Made by a program: the position numbers and the translations under genes
From: a virus
Virus record (IMG/VR): IMGVR_UViG_3300045988_091239
Span: 1 to 44,103 of that record
Strand: one strand, 5' to 3'
Length of the DNA stretch: 44,103 nt
The notes under the pieces: generated by a model
The model's database searches: none
Told to the model about the DNA's origin: nothing
The model's input: the letters and a program-made list of their open reading frames with translations, nothing else
Shown: positions 24,986 to 35,126 of the stretch, one piece after another
How the letters are laid out: each line of letters starts with the position of its first letter
How positions within the stretch are numbered: position 1 is the stretch's first letter

Positions 24986-27900
24986 ATGGCAACAGAAGTA
25001 AACCCCATACATTACAAAGATTTAGTTTCGCCCGATAACTCGATAACGGACTTAATTAAGCAGCTAGACGAACTTTCGGACACGTACACCAACACGCTCA
25101 AGAACATTAAGGGCGAGGCCATTCAATTAACGGCTAGCTTAAAGGGCGTAAGTGGTGCGACCGAGGAGGGGCGGCAGGCCACGCGCAAGGCATCGAGTGA
25201 TGCCGAGAAGTTGGCGCGCGCGTACCGCGAAACAGCCTTTGCGGAGAGCGAAACGGCCAAGAAGATAGCCGAGTTAAAGCAGGCCACGCGCGAGGCTAAT
25301 GAGTTGAATAAGCTTAACGTTAAACTAGCGCAGTCGGCCGAGGGTAGTTATAATAAGCTGTCCGCCCAGTATTCTATCAATAAAATATACCTCAACGGCA
25401 TGACACGCGCAGAGCGTGAGCAGACGGAGGAGGGGCGGAAACTTGTAAAGCAAACGGCCGAGATTTACGAGGAAATGAAACGTCTACAAGAAGTAACGGG
25501 CAAACACCAGTTGAATGTTGGCAATTATGGCGATTTTGGCAAGCAATTTGAAAGCATAAGCGGCGGCGTTTCGGGCTATCAAGAAAAAATTAAATCCGCC
25601 CTAGGGCTGAACAATAAGTTTGGCGAAAGTCTTATCGAGGTGGGCAAGAGTGGTGGCGGCGTTAAGACCGCATTGGCCGCCATTGGTGACGGCGTTAAGG
25701 CGTTGGGGGCATCCCTTTTGACTTTGATGGCTAACCCCGTTTTTTTGGGCATCGCAGGAATAGCAGCAGCAGGCGCGGCCTTTAAATGGTGGTACGACTA
25801 TAACGCGGGACTAGTAGAGGCCACTCGACTAACTAAGGAGTTCACGGGGCTAAGCGGAAAGGAACTAATTAGCGTGCGCAATGAGATACAGGCGTGTGCG
25901 GACGTAATGGGACACGACTACAAAGAAACGTTGTCGACCGTTGATGCGCTTATGTCCAACTTTGGGATAAACGCAAAACAAGCCCTAAAAGTTGTCGAGG
26001 ATGGTTACGCCAGTGGCGCAGACTTGTCGGGAGATATGCTCGAAAAGATACAGAACTATTCGGCCACATTCCACGATGCAGGCATAAGCGCGAGCCAAAT
26101 GGTGGCTATTCTGTCGCAAACGCGCAGCGGCATTTTTAGCGATAAAGGGTTAGATGTTATTACTATGGCATCTAAGAAAATTCGCGAAATGTCAACGGAA
26201 ACGCAGAATGCAATGAAAGGCATCGGTATTGACGTTAACCAAGTTCAAAAAGACCTAGCCACAGGCGCGCGCAACACCTTTGACGTTATCCAAGAAGTTA
26301 GCACCAAGATGAAGAATTTTGGCGCAAACAGCACGCAGGTAGGCGCAATTCTAAAAAACGTATTCGGAAAGAACGGCGCGGATGCTGGTATAAAACTCAT
26401 TGAGCAGTTGGACACAATGACCACCAGCATAGACAAGGCCAAGGAGCAGACAGGCGAGTGGGGCAAGGCGCAGGAAGAGCAGATAAAGGCCACATCCGAA
26501 CTTAACGATGCTATGAGCGCATTATTTGACGTTACGGACAAAGGATTTGAGGGCGTTGTCGACCAAGCCAAGCTAATTGCTACTAAGTGGCTAACGGCTA
26601 TCGTTAAGGGCTGTATAGACGTTGTGAATTGGGTTATCAACATGTACAATAAAAGCCTAGCCGTTAGGTTGGCCGTGGCTAATGTTGTGGCGCAATTCAA
26701 AATATTGTTTGAAGTCGGCCGACTTCTGAATAACCTTGTAATAGATATGTTTAAAGGCTTTGGCCGTTTGCTCGATGCTTTTGTAACAAGTGTTCAAAGC
26801 GCATTCAAGGCCGTAACGGGTGTACTTGCAGGTTTCGGCGAAACGATGGAGGGTATTGTCAATTTTGATTTTGACAAGATTAAAAAAGGCGTGGATGGTA
26901 TTCGCAATAGCATTACAAATGGCTTTAAGAATAGTCTTCTAAGCTTTGGAAAGGCAGTCAAACAAACTTCTGATGAAGTCAGTAATGACGTAATAAGCGC
27001 AGGCAAGAATATTGGTAAGGCATTTATTGATGGTTTCAACACCGCCACAAGCGGCAAGAAGTTGGATAACATCGCGCTACCACAATCGACAGCCACGAAT
27101 GTAGAGCCGGATAAGACAAAGACCGTTACAGACTACACACCAACAGGCAGCAATAAAAAGAAAGTGGACAAGTCCGCCGAGAAAGCGGCCGCCGCGGCCG
27201 AAAGGGCATATCAAGAAACGCTAGCAGCCAAAAGGAAAGCAGAAGATGCAGAGTTAGACCTATTGGAAGAGGGCTATGACAAGCAGCGCAAACGCACCGA
27301 ATACTACTACACTAGGCAGGTAGAGGACTTGCAGCACTCATTAACGCTATTGAAGTCTAATGAGGTACAGCGGCGCACGGATATAACCAACACGATTGCG
27401 GCTTTGCAAGAAAAGCAAAACCAAGTGTTAAAGGATATGGAGGAACAGCACGAAACGGATATGTTGAAAGTACAGGCCGATGCCATTAAACTCCGCCTAG
27501 ATGCAGTGAAGAAAGGCAGCGAACAAGAAAGGCAATTAAAGTTGGAGTTAATCGAAAATGAACGGCAACAAGCACTAAAAGAAAATGCGGCCAAACCGAC
27601 AGACAAAAAACAAGATACAGGCGATATTAACGCGAAATTCGATGCCAAGCGCGGAGGTGTGGCCGATGAGTACATAAAGGCGCAATTAGCCATATTTGAC
27701 CAACAACAGGCATTGGCCGATAGTGAGTTTGAATTGTTGAAAAATTCAGAGGAGCGCAAAACACAATATCGTTTACAGGCCGAAAAGGCGCGCTTGCAAA
27801 AAATTTTGGAACTGAACAAAATTGCAGGCACTCAATTATCAGATATTGAGATTGCCACGATACAGAACACTATTGAGAAGATTAACCAAGAGATAGGCGA

Positions 27901-28789
27901 GAGCAAGACCAAAGAACAAAGTGGCTCTATTTATGGCTTGTTAGGCTTAAATTTGTCAGACGAACAAAAAGAAGCTATCGACACATCGCTAAACTATGCG
28001 TTGGATGCTCTCAACACGTGGATAGCCGCAGAGGTGGCCGCAGCTGATGCGGAGGTAAAGCGCGCGGATAATAGGGTGAACAATGCGCAAAAAGTGCTAG
28101 ACACAGAGCGCGAGGCGCGTGCGAATGGATATGCCTCTAATGTGGAGTATGCCCAAAAAGAACTAGATTTGGCGAAAAGAAACCAAGAAAAAGCATTAAA
28201 GGAACAGCAAAAAGCCCAAAAGCAGCAAGCGGCCATTCAAGCGTTGCAGCAAATTGGAAACTTAGTAACGGCCACATCAACAATATGGTCGCAATTAGGC
28301 TTTCCGTGGGCTATCCCAGCTATTGCCGTTATGTGGGGTTCGTTCGCATTGGCCAAGATAAAGGCAGTACAGGCCACGCGCGCACAAAGCGAGAGTTACG
28401 GCGAGGGTACTGTCGAATTATTGGAGGGCGGCTCACATCAGAGCGGCAACGATGTTGATTTGGGTACGAAGAAAGACGGAACGAAACGCAGAGCGGAGGG
28501 CGGCGAGTTTTTCGCAGTTATAAACAAACGCAATTCTAAGCGTTACCGCCGCGTTATTCCCGATGTGATTAAATCGCTTAACAATGGCACATTTGAGGAG
28601 AATTTCTCGAACGCATTCGCAGGCCGTGGAATTGAATTGACAATGAAACAGAGTGAGCCAAATATAAGCGAACTAAACGACAATGTGCGCAGCATCCGCG
28701 AGCAAAACGAACGCAGGGTGTACAACGATATGGACGGCTCAACCATTATTCAGTACAAGAATTTGACACGTAAAATTATAAGAAAATGA
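24986..28789 (+). CDS. tail tape measure protein
   Basis: 1267 aa, extended coiled coils, internal hydrophobic segments (PVFLGIAGIAAAGAAF; WAIPAIAVMWGSFALA), sited before the distal tail genes. Confidence 0.8.
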   Translation: MATEVNPIHYKDLVSPDNSITDLIKQLDELSDTYTNTLKNIKGEAIQLTASLKGVSGATEEGRQATRKASSDAEKLARAYRETAFAESETAKKIAELKQATREANELNKLNVKLAQSAEGSYNKLSAQYSINKIYLNGMTRAEREQTEEGRKLVKQTAEIYEEMKRLQEVTGKHQLNVGNYGDFGKQFESISGGVSGYQEKIKSALGLNNKFGESLIEVGKSGGGVKTALAAIGDGVKALGASLLTLMANPVFLGIAGIAAAGAAFKWWYDYNAGLVEATRLTKEFTGLSGKELISVRNEIQACADVMGHDYKETLSTVDALMSNFGINAKQALKVVEDGYASGADLSGDMLEKIQNYSATFHDAGISASQMVAILSQTRSGIFSDKGLDVITMASKKIREMSTETQNAMKGIGIDVNQVQKDLATGARNTFDVIQEVSTKMKNFGANSTQVGAILKNVFGKNGADAGIKLIEQLDTMTTSIDKAKEQTGEWGKAQEEQIKATSELNDAMSALFDVTDKGFEGVVDQAKLIATKWLTAIVKGCIDVVNWVINMYNKSLAVRLAVANVVAQFKILFEVGRLLNNLVIDMFKGFGRLLDAFVTSVQSAFKAVTGVLAGFGETMEGIVNFDFDKIKKGVDGIRNSITNGFKNSLLSFGKAVKQTSDEVSNDVISAGKNIGKAFIDGFNTATSGKKLDNIALPQSTATNVEPDKTKTVTDYTPTGSNKKKVDKSAEKAAAAAERAYQETLAAKRKAEDAELDLLEEGYDKQRKRTEYYYTRQVEDLQHSLTLLKSNEVQRRTDITNTIAALQEKQNQVLKDMEEQHETDMLKVQADAIKLRLDAVKKGSEQERQLKLELIENERQQALKENAAKPTDKKQDTGDINAKFDAKRGGVADEYIKAQLAIFDQQQALADSEFELLKNSEERKTQYRLQAEKARLQKILELNKIAGTQLSDIEIATIQNTIEKINQEIGESKTKEQSGSIYGLLGLNLSDEQKEAIDTSLNYALDALNTWIAAEVAAADAEVKRADNRVNNAQKVLDTEREARANGYASNVEYAQKELDLAKRNQEKALKEQQKAQKQQAAIQALQQIGNLVTATSTIWSQLGFPWAIPAIAVMWGSFALAKIKAVQATRAQSESYGEGTVELLEGGSHQSGNDVDLGTKKDGTKRRAEGGEFFAVINKRNSKRYRRVIPDVIKSLNNGTFEENFSNAFAGRGIELTMKQSEPNISELNDNVRSIREQNERRVYNDMDGSTIIQYKNLTRKIIRK

Positions 28790-31305
28790 TAAATCCAATA
28801 TACAAGTTTTATCTAAGATTGGGGACGGACGCGGTTGAATATGCGACCGCCCCAATTTATAAGGACGATTTAAGCATAGATTTCGAGCAAGAAAGCGGAC
28901 AAAAGTTTTTTCGCAAAAAACTAAATGGCAAACTTACGTTCTTGCGCAAGGATTATGAACTGATAATGAATGCGCCATTTGATACGATATACAATGTCGT
29001 TATTAAGAAGTCTAACGATTTTGGCAAAACGTGGACTAATTATTGGAACGGCAAGTTTATGCGCACCGATTGCGTTATAGACGAGTTCGACAAGGTTTTG
29101 ACCGTTCAGCCTAGCATTATAGACGAATATACAGACGTTTTGGCAGGCTTAGAAAAAGAGTACAATCTTATTCAGTTAGCACCACACACAGAACACTTGT
29201 TACTAACAAAAAGGCCGTTAATTCAAGTCTATAAAAAAGGTGACAAATACGTGTCTTGTTTCCTTTCGGGGTCAAATTGGCAGCAGGAAGTTAAACAACG
29301 TGTTGACAACATAAATGAGTTGTTGAGAAAGTACAATTTTGCAAAAACATACGAGAACATAACCGCGGCCGTTTTTGGCGTTGGTTATGGCCAAGACACA
29401 TCAGAGTATCACGGCATTTATAATCTTACAAGCACGCAGAATAATGGCAATAATACAACGCACAAGTTAGTGAGGGTTGACGATGCAACATACACCATCG
29501 AGTTAAGCATAAACAGGGCGACAAATTACAGCTACATCCGCATTTTAAAAGGTGGTGATATAAAGTTTGAACAACTCATATACTCTAATGTTGAGAATGA
29601 TGGTGTACACAATGTTAATAATAAGCCAAAGCCCGACCAATTTGTAACCCATTCTGTTAAGGTTGAGATAAAGAACGTAAGCGTTTTTTCAAGGCTTTTG
29701 TTGGACAAGACGAAAATCTTAGATAAAGACACTTACCAAATTGCCGATGATGATTTAGTGGAGAACAACCGCAATTATCGTTACGCAATTGGCTACAATA
29801 TGGGCAATATCGTTACCACGTCAAGGGGGAGCAAAGAGCCGACAGAGTACGGAAAGCGAGAAGATGGCCTATACTACATGCCGCCATATTATAGCGAAAA
29901 GTACTATCCGATTGGCAAAGATACGTGGGGTATGCTTTCCTTTTGGTTCAAGTTCAAATTTGAGGACAATCTTGCAGAGGAAGACGGCCGCGCGGATATT
30001 GAGTTAAAGGACGCCTATGAGTTGGGCAGTTGCATTGACGTTCTATTGCAAAAAGTTAGTGATGTGCGATTTGTAAGTGACGAAACATGCTCAAAGTTTC
30101 TTTATGGCGAAGTAAACCCAATCACATGGCAAGAACAAAGGTTGTTTATTACGCCGAAAAGCAATGTAATTGTAAGCGAATACCAAGACCCAGCGCAAAA
30201 AGCATTGTGTACATTACAAATGCTATTCAACATGCTGCGTGACACTTGCCGGTGCTATTGGTTCATTGAGGACAAAAAACTACACATTGAACACATTAGC
30301 TATTTCAACAATGGCGGCACTTACGATGTACAAGCGCAAGTAGGTTATGACCTAACGAAATTAAAAAACGCGCGCAATGGTAAGCCGTGGAGTTTCGCGC
30401 GCGGCGAATATTCATTTGATAAATTTGATATGGCCGAACGCTATCAATTTAAGTGGATGGATGATTGCACCGAGCCTTTTGATGGTTTTCCAATCGAAAT
30501 AAAAAGCAACTATGTTCAAAAGGGCAAGATTGAAGAAATTAATGTTGGCAATTTTTCAAGTGATGTGGACTTAATCATGTTAAACCCAAAGAACATAAGC
30601 AAGGACGGATTTGTCGTTATGGCGGCCGTACAGGCGACTGCCACGAAAAGCGACTATAACGGCTATTTCTTGCAGTACAACAACAAAAAAGACGGATTAG
30701 CAGATAAGAAATATCATATCAAAAAAGGCATTAGGGGGCATCGCATTAAACTGAAAATGTATGTAAAAAAACATGTGGAGAACGGGGTCGAGCAAGCGGG
30801 GCTTTGGTTAAATCCAATCTTATGCCGCGGCGATGATAAAGAGGGGACTTTTATCCGCCTGTTTGCATCAAATGATTTGCAAGAAGTTTTAATTGACGTG
30901 CCAAAAGATGTAGATAGCATTATGTTTCATTGCTATGGTTGGATGTCCTTTGCGGTGGTCGATGCAAAAGTAGTCGATGGATTGCGCGAATTGCCTTTTT
31001 ACGCGAAACAAATTGACAATGTTAAATACGCATTGCAAAACGGCTATATGTCCTTTGTGTATCTGCAAGAAAAATTTTACAGACACGATTTGCCTGCTAG
31101 GTTAATAATAATGAATAAAGAATACACGCACGCGATTAAAGTCGACAAGAAAAAGAAACAAACAATCAGTTTCCCAGCAGGCATTTACGACCCAAACCCA
31201 CAGAAATTAGTAAAAACATTACTGGGCAATGGACAATTTGAAAAAATATCCGTAAATTTGTGTAACAGGACGATTAAGGCAACGCTGAAATATGATACAG
31301 AATAA
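28786..31305 (+). CDS. distal tail / baseplate protein candidate
   Basis: 839 aa, ATGA overlap with the tape measure stop. Confidence 0.45.
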   Translation: MINPIYKFYLRLGTDAVEYATAPIYKDDLSIDFEQESGQKFFRKKLNGKLTFLRKDYELIMNAPFDTIYNVVIKKSNDFGKTWTNYWNGKFMRTDCVIDEFDKVLTVQPSIIDEYTDVLAGLEKEYNLIQLAPHTEHLLLTKRPLIQVYKKGDKYVSCFLSGSNWQQEVKQRVDNINELLRKYNFAKTYENITAAVFGVGYGQDTSEYHGIYNLTSTQNNGNNTTHKLVRVDDATYTIELSINRATNYSYIRILKGGDIKFEQLIYSNVENDGVHNVNNKPKPDQFVTHSVKVEIKNVSVFSRLLLDKTKILDKDTYQIADDDLVENNRNYRYAIGYNMGNIVTTSRGSKEPTEYGKREDGLYYMPPYYSEKYYPIGKDTWGMLSFWFKFKFEDNLAEEDGRADIELKDAYELGSCIDVLLQKVSDVRFVSDETCSKFLYGEVNPITWQEQRLFITPKSNVIVSEYQDPAQKALCTLQMLFNMLRDTCRCYWFIEDKKLHIEHISYFNNGGTYDVQAQVGYDLTKLKNARNGKPWSFARGEYSFDKFDMAERYQFKWMDDCTEPFDGFPIEIKSNYVQKGKIEEINVGNFSSDVDLIMLNPKNISKDGFVVMAAVQATATKSDYNGYFLQYNNKKDGLADKKYHIKKGIRGHRIKLKMYVKKHVENGVEQAGLWLNPILCRGDDKEGTFIRLFASNDLQEVLIDVPKDVDSIMFHCYGWMSFAVVDAKVVDGLRELPFYAKQIDNVKYALQNGYMSFVYLQEKFYRHDLPARLIIMNKEYTHAIKVDKKKKQTISFPAGIYDPNPQKLVKTLLGNGQFEKISVNLCNRTIKATLKYDTE

Positions 31306-32434
31306 CAACCTTACGCCACTCGCATTTCAAAGAGAAGAAGAGTGGCTTAACCACAATAAGAGTTACGCTTTTGGGGCTATATACAATTTGTTCAGCCCCA
31401 ACAGCATGCTTTTGCCCTTTCAAATCGTAAGGCCGCACCGAAACGACAATATAGGAAGTGTAGAATTATACACACGCGATGGCGAATTAGTAAGCGATAT
31501 AACCAATGATATTGTTTCTTTGGGTCTAGTGGTTAAGCCATTCGAGTTGTATGGATATGATGTAATAGTATATCCAGCGTATCTGCCTTTAAGCATCAAC
31601 ATACCACTAGGAATATTTTACATTAAAATATCCGATGGTGTGGACACATGGTGTAGTGAAATGTTTACAAACGTGGCATCCGTTGATGGCTACATAAAGG
31701 TCGAATGGTGGGATAATGAAGATTTTTTGCTTGAAGATGGCCGCATAGTCTATTCAGGTCTGAAATATCACAATGTGGTTTATCTTAATTCAAAGATTGG
31801 TAAGCCTGAATATAAGTTTGTCGAAGAGGGTGAAACGCGCGATGGCTACTTTTTCCCCGAAAAACAACTATCCGAGAAAGTTTACAAATTCACTTTCATT
31901 GCGCCCGAATATCTGTGCGATGCCATGCGTTTCATTAGGATGGCCGATAACGTGTTAATCACTGATGAAGTAGGCCGTGAATACGATTGCGATACATTCT
32001 TAATGTCGACAAAGTGGCAGACACAAGGAGATTTGGCAAGCGTGGAAGTTGAGTTTGAAACGGCTACAATTGCAAAAAAAATAGGCAGTTTCCAAACCAT
32101 TTTGAAAGGCGGCGACTATAACGGCGACTTTAACAACGATTTCAACACGGATAACGGCGTTAGCATGGCAAATGTTATATTGGAATTTAGCGTGTACAAG
32201 AATGATTTTGCAAGAATTTCCGCAGATACTTCGTTAGTATATGATGTTAAGGTAACGGCCGATGCTTACTTAGTAAATGGTGAGGTAGTGCCGATTGTCG
32301 GAGTAATACCAGCGGGGCAAAGTGTAACGCTAGTTACAAATGACAAGTTAGACAATATCAATTATTTCGACAACATGAAGGTCGAGAAGTTGAATAATGC
32401 AGACAATACGAATTACGTTGTAAAACAAAAATAA
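31292..32434 (+). CDS. tail protein candidate
   Basis: 380 aa, overlaps the upstream gene by 14 nt. Confidence 0.4.
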   Translation: MIQNNNLTPLAFQREEEWLNHNKSYAFGAIYNLFSPNSMLLPFQIVRPHRNDNIGSVELYTRDGELVSDITNDIVSLGLVVKPFELYGYDVIVYPAYLPLSINIPLGIFYIKISDGVDTWCSEMFTNVASVDGYIKVEWWDNEDFLLEDGRIVYSGLKYHNVVYLNSKIGKPEYKFVEEGETRDGYFFPEKQLSEKVYKFTFIAPEYLCDAMRFIRMADNVLITDEVGREYDCDTFLMSTKWQTQGDLASVEVEFETATIAKKIGSFQTILKGGDYNGDFNNDFNTDNGVSMANVILEFSVYKNDFARISADTSLVYDVKVTADAYLVNGEVVPIVGVIPAGQSVTLVTNDKLDNINYFDNMKVEKLNNADNTNYVVKQK

Positions 32435-32440
32435 TAAGAT

Positions 32441-33940
32441 ATGAATAAGTACGATGCTTTAAAAAATGCCGTTAAGAATGTTATCAAGAATAACGGCCGC
32501 CAAGAGATAACGGGAGATATTTTACAAAACATCCTTGTAAGATTTGTTGACACGTTCGGTAGTGACTACAATATTAAAGGTTTGGCAGATGCCAACCAAA
32601 TGCCAGACACCTCGGCGAAATGTATTTATTTCGCGACCGAAAGCGGAAGTTACCGCAATTATGGTGGGTTAGAATTGCATAAGGGTGAGGTGGCCATGTT
32701 AGTCTTTGATGGTGGCGGATGGAACAAGGTTTTGTTAGTCGACACGAGTGGCTTTGTTTCGTCTGAATATGTCACAGAAATAAACGTGAGCAGCCTTAAC
32801 GCCGATAGTTCGTTTGAGTTGGCCGCCGCAATTGCAAAAGTACCGCCAACTTACAGAAAGGGTGGTTTGACGATAAAATTTATCGAAAAATCGTCTAACG
32901 AATATGTGATGTACTATAACAAGAATAGTAGTTGGAGTACAGATGTAAATGATTGGATTAATCTACAATCCACGAAAAAAACTACAATGACAATTGAGGA
33001 GCTTAAAACATTCCCTGCATCAGTGGAGGAGGCTGTTAAGTTCTTGAAAAACAACAAAGATGCAAGTATTGTTGTACTAAGCAAATACGGCCGCGCTGTT
33101 GGAACATTAAGCATATACGGCAATTTAAGTAGTTACACTTTCATTGAAGTATTTGAAACGCAACTAAAAGTGAAGAGTGGCTACAATAGTAGTGAAATTA
33201 ACGGTAGTCCGCGCAAATATTGGCGATATTATGGGTTGGACAACTATGGAGGTGGAGTAGTTAGTCGCGGAGAGTGGTCTGAATGGAATGAAATGGTAAG
33301 TAAACCGTTTGAAATTCTACAATCACGCTTAAATAGTGTGTTGGACGTATATAACGGCTCACCGGTTGGTGGTGTAACTACAATTGGTAGGGCTCTCCGA
33401 GACATTGATGATGGCAATGTGTTTAAAAATAAGATAATGCTTATCAGTATTATTGACGAGGTTACGCATAAACGCACGTTATATTATTGCACTACCGAAA
33501 GTTTCTCACGAAACGAAAGCGATTGGGTTGAAGTAGGCAAGGGCGGTAATTTTGACGAACTTGTCAACGATGCAAAAAGGAAGATACAGGAGGCTGTTGA
33601 CCATGCTAAAACTATCCAAAAAGGAGAAAAGGGCGACAAGGGCGACACTGGTTGGTTAAGGCTTGTCAATCATGGCACGGCCGACACAACTTTTGCACTA
33701 ACACCAAACGCAATGCACGTTTGGGGACAGGTTGCGCAACTAAGATTAACGCTAGGCGCGGCAGTTCCTAACATTGTTAATGAATACGCTTTTGAGTTCC
33801 AATCGCCTGCCACGCCTACTAATTTATCATTGCCCGCTACATTGAAGTGGTACAATGGCTATGTTACACCAGTTCGCGCAAACAAACGCTACCAAGCTAG
33901 CATAGTGAATAACGTTATAATTATGGGGGAAATTGAGTAA
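32441..33940 (+). CDS. tail fibre / receptor-binding protein candidate
   Basis: 499 aa, short collagen-like GEKGDKGDTG triplets, last large gene of the tail module. Confidence 0.45.
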   Translation: MNKYDALKNAVKNVIKNNGRQEITGDILQNILVRFVDTFGSDYNIKGLADANQMPDTSAKCIYFATESGSYRNYGGLELHKGEVAMLVFDGGGWNKVLLVDTSGFVSSEYVTEINVSSLNADSSFELAAAIAKVPPTYRKGGLTIKFIEKSSNEYVMYYNKNSSWSTDVNDWINLQSTKKTTMTIEELKTFPASVEEAVKFLKNNKDASIVVLSKYGRAVGTLSIYGNLSSYTFIEVFETQLKVKSGYNSSEINGSPRKYWRYYGLDNYGGGVVSRGEWSEWNEMVSKPFEILQSRLNSVLDVYNGSPVGGVTTIGRALRDIDDGNVFKNKIMLISIIDEVTHKRTLYYCTTESFSRNESDWVEVGKGGNFDELVNDAKRKIQEAVDHAKTIQKGEKGDKGDTGWLRLVNHGTADTTFALTPNAMHVWGQVAQLRLTLGAAVPNIVNEYAFEFQSPATPTNLSLPATLKWYNGYVTPVRANKRYQASIVNNVIIMGEIE

Positions 33941-34467
33941 TGCACAGGCGAACAATGATGATGAGGAGTGACCTCGATATGTTATGCGTTGATGGTGTAA
34001 ACTATTCGGTACAGCCCGATAACGAAATATGGTACACCACCACCGATAATAACAAGTCGGATAACGCGGCCGTATTGAACAATTATGGAGGTGACAGAGA
34101 TATTAAGATATTGGCACATGTCTTTGAAAATGGTGTTTGGAAAGTAAAGGCAGACAGGCCAATACAAAGAATACCCGAAAGTTACATAAAACTTGCGCCG
34201 ACAATCGTGTCAATATCATTGCCTAAATCGGTATTTCATTGTGGTGCATGGTCAATGGGATTAAATCGTACTGCGCAATATTCACTTAACTTGCAAACCA
34301 TTATATTGGCTAGTGTGATAACGTCTTTTAATAGTGGTTTTGCACCATTTGCTTGTGGCGGTTTAAACATATATGTACCACGAGGAAAAAGAGAAGAGTT
34401 CATCGCAACAAAAATATTAGAAAAGACTCCAACAAACAAAGTCTTTGAGTGGGGTAGGGTTAAATAA
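33940..34467 (+). CDS. BspA-type leucine-rich-repeat-like protein
   Basis: PDNEIWYTTTDNN opening and IVSISLPKSVFHCGAWSM... repeats resemble Bacteroidetes BspA-like LRR proteins from memory. Confidence 0.4.
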   Translation: MHRRTMMMRSDLDMLCVDGVNYSVQPDNEIWYTTTDNNKSDNAAVLNNYGGDRDIKILAHVFENGVWKVKADRPIQRIPESYIKLAPTIVSISLPKSVFHCGAWSMGLNRTAQYSLNLQTIILASVITSFNSGFAPFACGGLNIYVPRGKREEFIATKILEKTPTNKVFEWGRVK

Positions 34468-34483
34468 AAGAAAGGGTAAAAGT

Positions 34484-34546
34484 ATGATAAGAATGTTATT
34501 CGTTTTGCTCCTTGGTCTGTTAACGAATGTAAACGGGGGGGGGTAA
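34484..34546 (+). CDS. 20-codon signal-peptide-like mini-ORF ending in a G9 tract
   Basis: MIRMLFVLLLGLLTNVNGGG*. Strong A-rich start context (AAAGGGTAAAAGTATG). A G8 tract would fuse it in frame to 34551..35123. Confidence 0.4.
   Translation: MIRMLFVLLLGLLTNVNGGG
34535..34543 (+). repeat. G9 homopolymer tract
   Basis: Counted directly: aaacgggggggggtaataac. Confidence 0.95.
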
Positions 34547-34550
34547 TAAC

Positions 34551-35123
34551 ATGAGTTTGACAAGATTAAGACTTATGCGGCAAGCATGGGGAGAACAAGA
34601 ATTGCAGTTTGTAGACCCTTACGCCCAAAAGGTTATGCGTGAGAAATATGGCAAACTAACAATGAATAATGTACGGTCAATAACTACACTAAATACTACA
34701 TTTACAACTGATGATTTGCGCAGTTTTGAGGAGTTGAAATATTTTACAAATGTAGAGTATTTATATAGAACTTTCTCACCATGTACAAACTTACGTGGAA
34801 CAATAACTGTACCAGATAGTGTTAAGAGAGTTAGTGTAGTTTGTTTCTTTCAAACGCAATTGGAGGGAATTGAATTTTTGGCACAAGATTTTAAATGGGC
34901 ATCATTAGCCATTAGGCAGAATAATAATTTGAGATGGATTAAGATGCACTCTATTGAGCCGCCGCAGAAGATTGAAAGTAATAAAACTCAATTTGATTAT
35001 GACAGCGGTAACAATACATGGAAATTATATGTACCTGATGGTTCAGTAGCTAAATATAAGGCTGATTTTAATTTCCAAAATCTTGGTGATAGAATTAGGC
35101 CAATGAGCGAATTTAAAGAATAA
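34551..35123 (+). CDS. LRR-like protein (as assembled, starts at the ATG 7 nt after the G9 tract)
   Basis: FTNVEYLYRTFSPCTNLRGTITVPDSVKRVSVVCF resembles BspA-type LRR units. The start context is G-rich, unlike other genes here. Confidence 0.5.
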   Translation: MSLTRLRLMRQAWGEQELQFVDPYAQKVMREKYGKLTMNNVRSITTLNTTFTTDDLRSFEELKYFTNVEYLYRTFSPCTNLRGTITVPDSVKRVSVVCFFQTQLEGIEFLAQDFKWASLAIRQNNNLRWIKMHSIEPPQKIESNKTQFDYDSGNNTWKLYVPDGSVAKYKADFNFQNLGDRIRPMSEFKE

Positions 35124-35126
35124 GTT

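Noticed and set aside
33586-33660. Collagen-like G-X-Y repeat in the fibre candidate
   Set aside because: There are only about three triplets (GEKGDKGDTG), too short to call a collagen domain. It is mentioned only as weak support for a fibre role.
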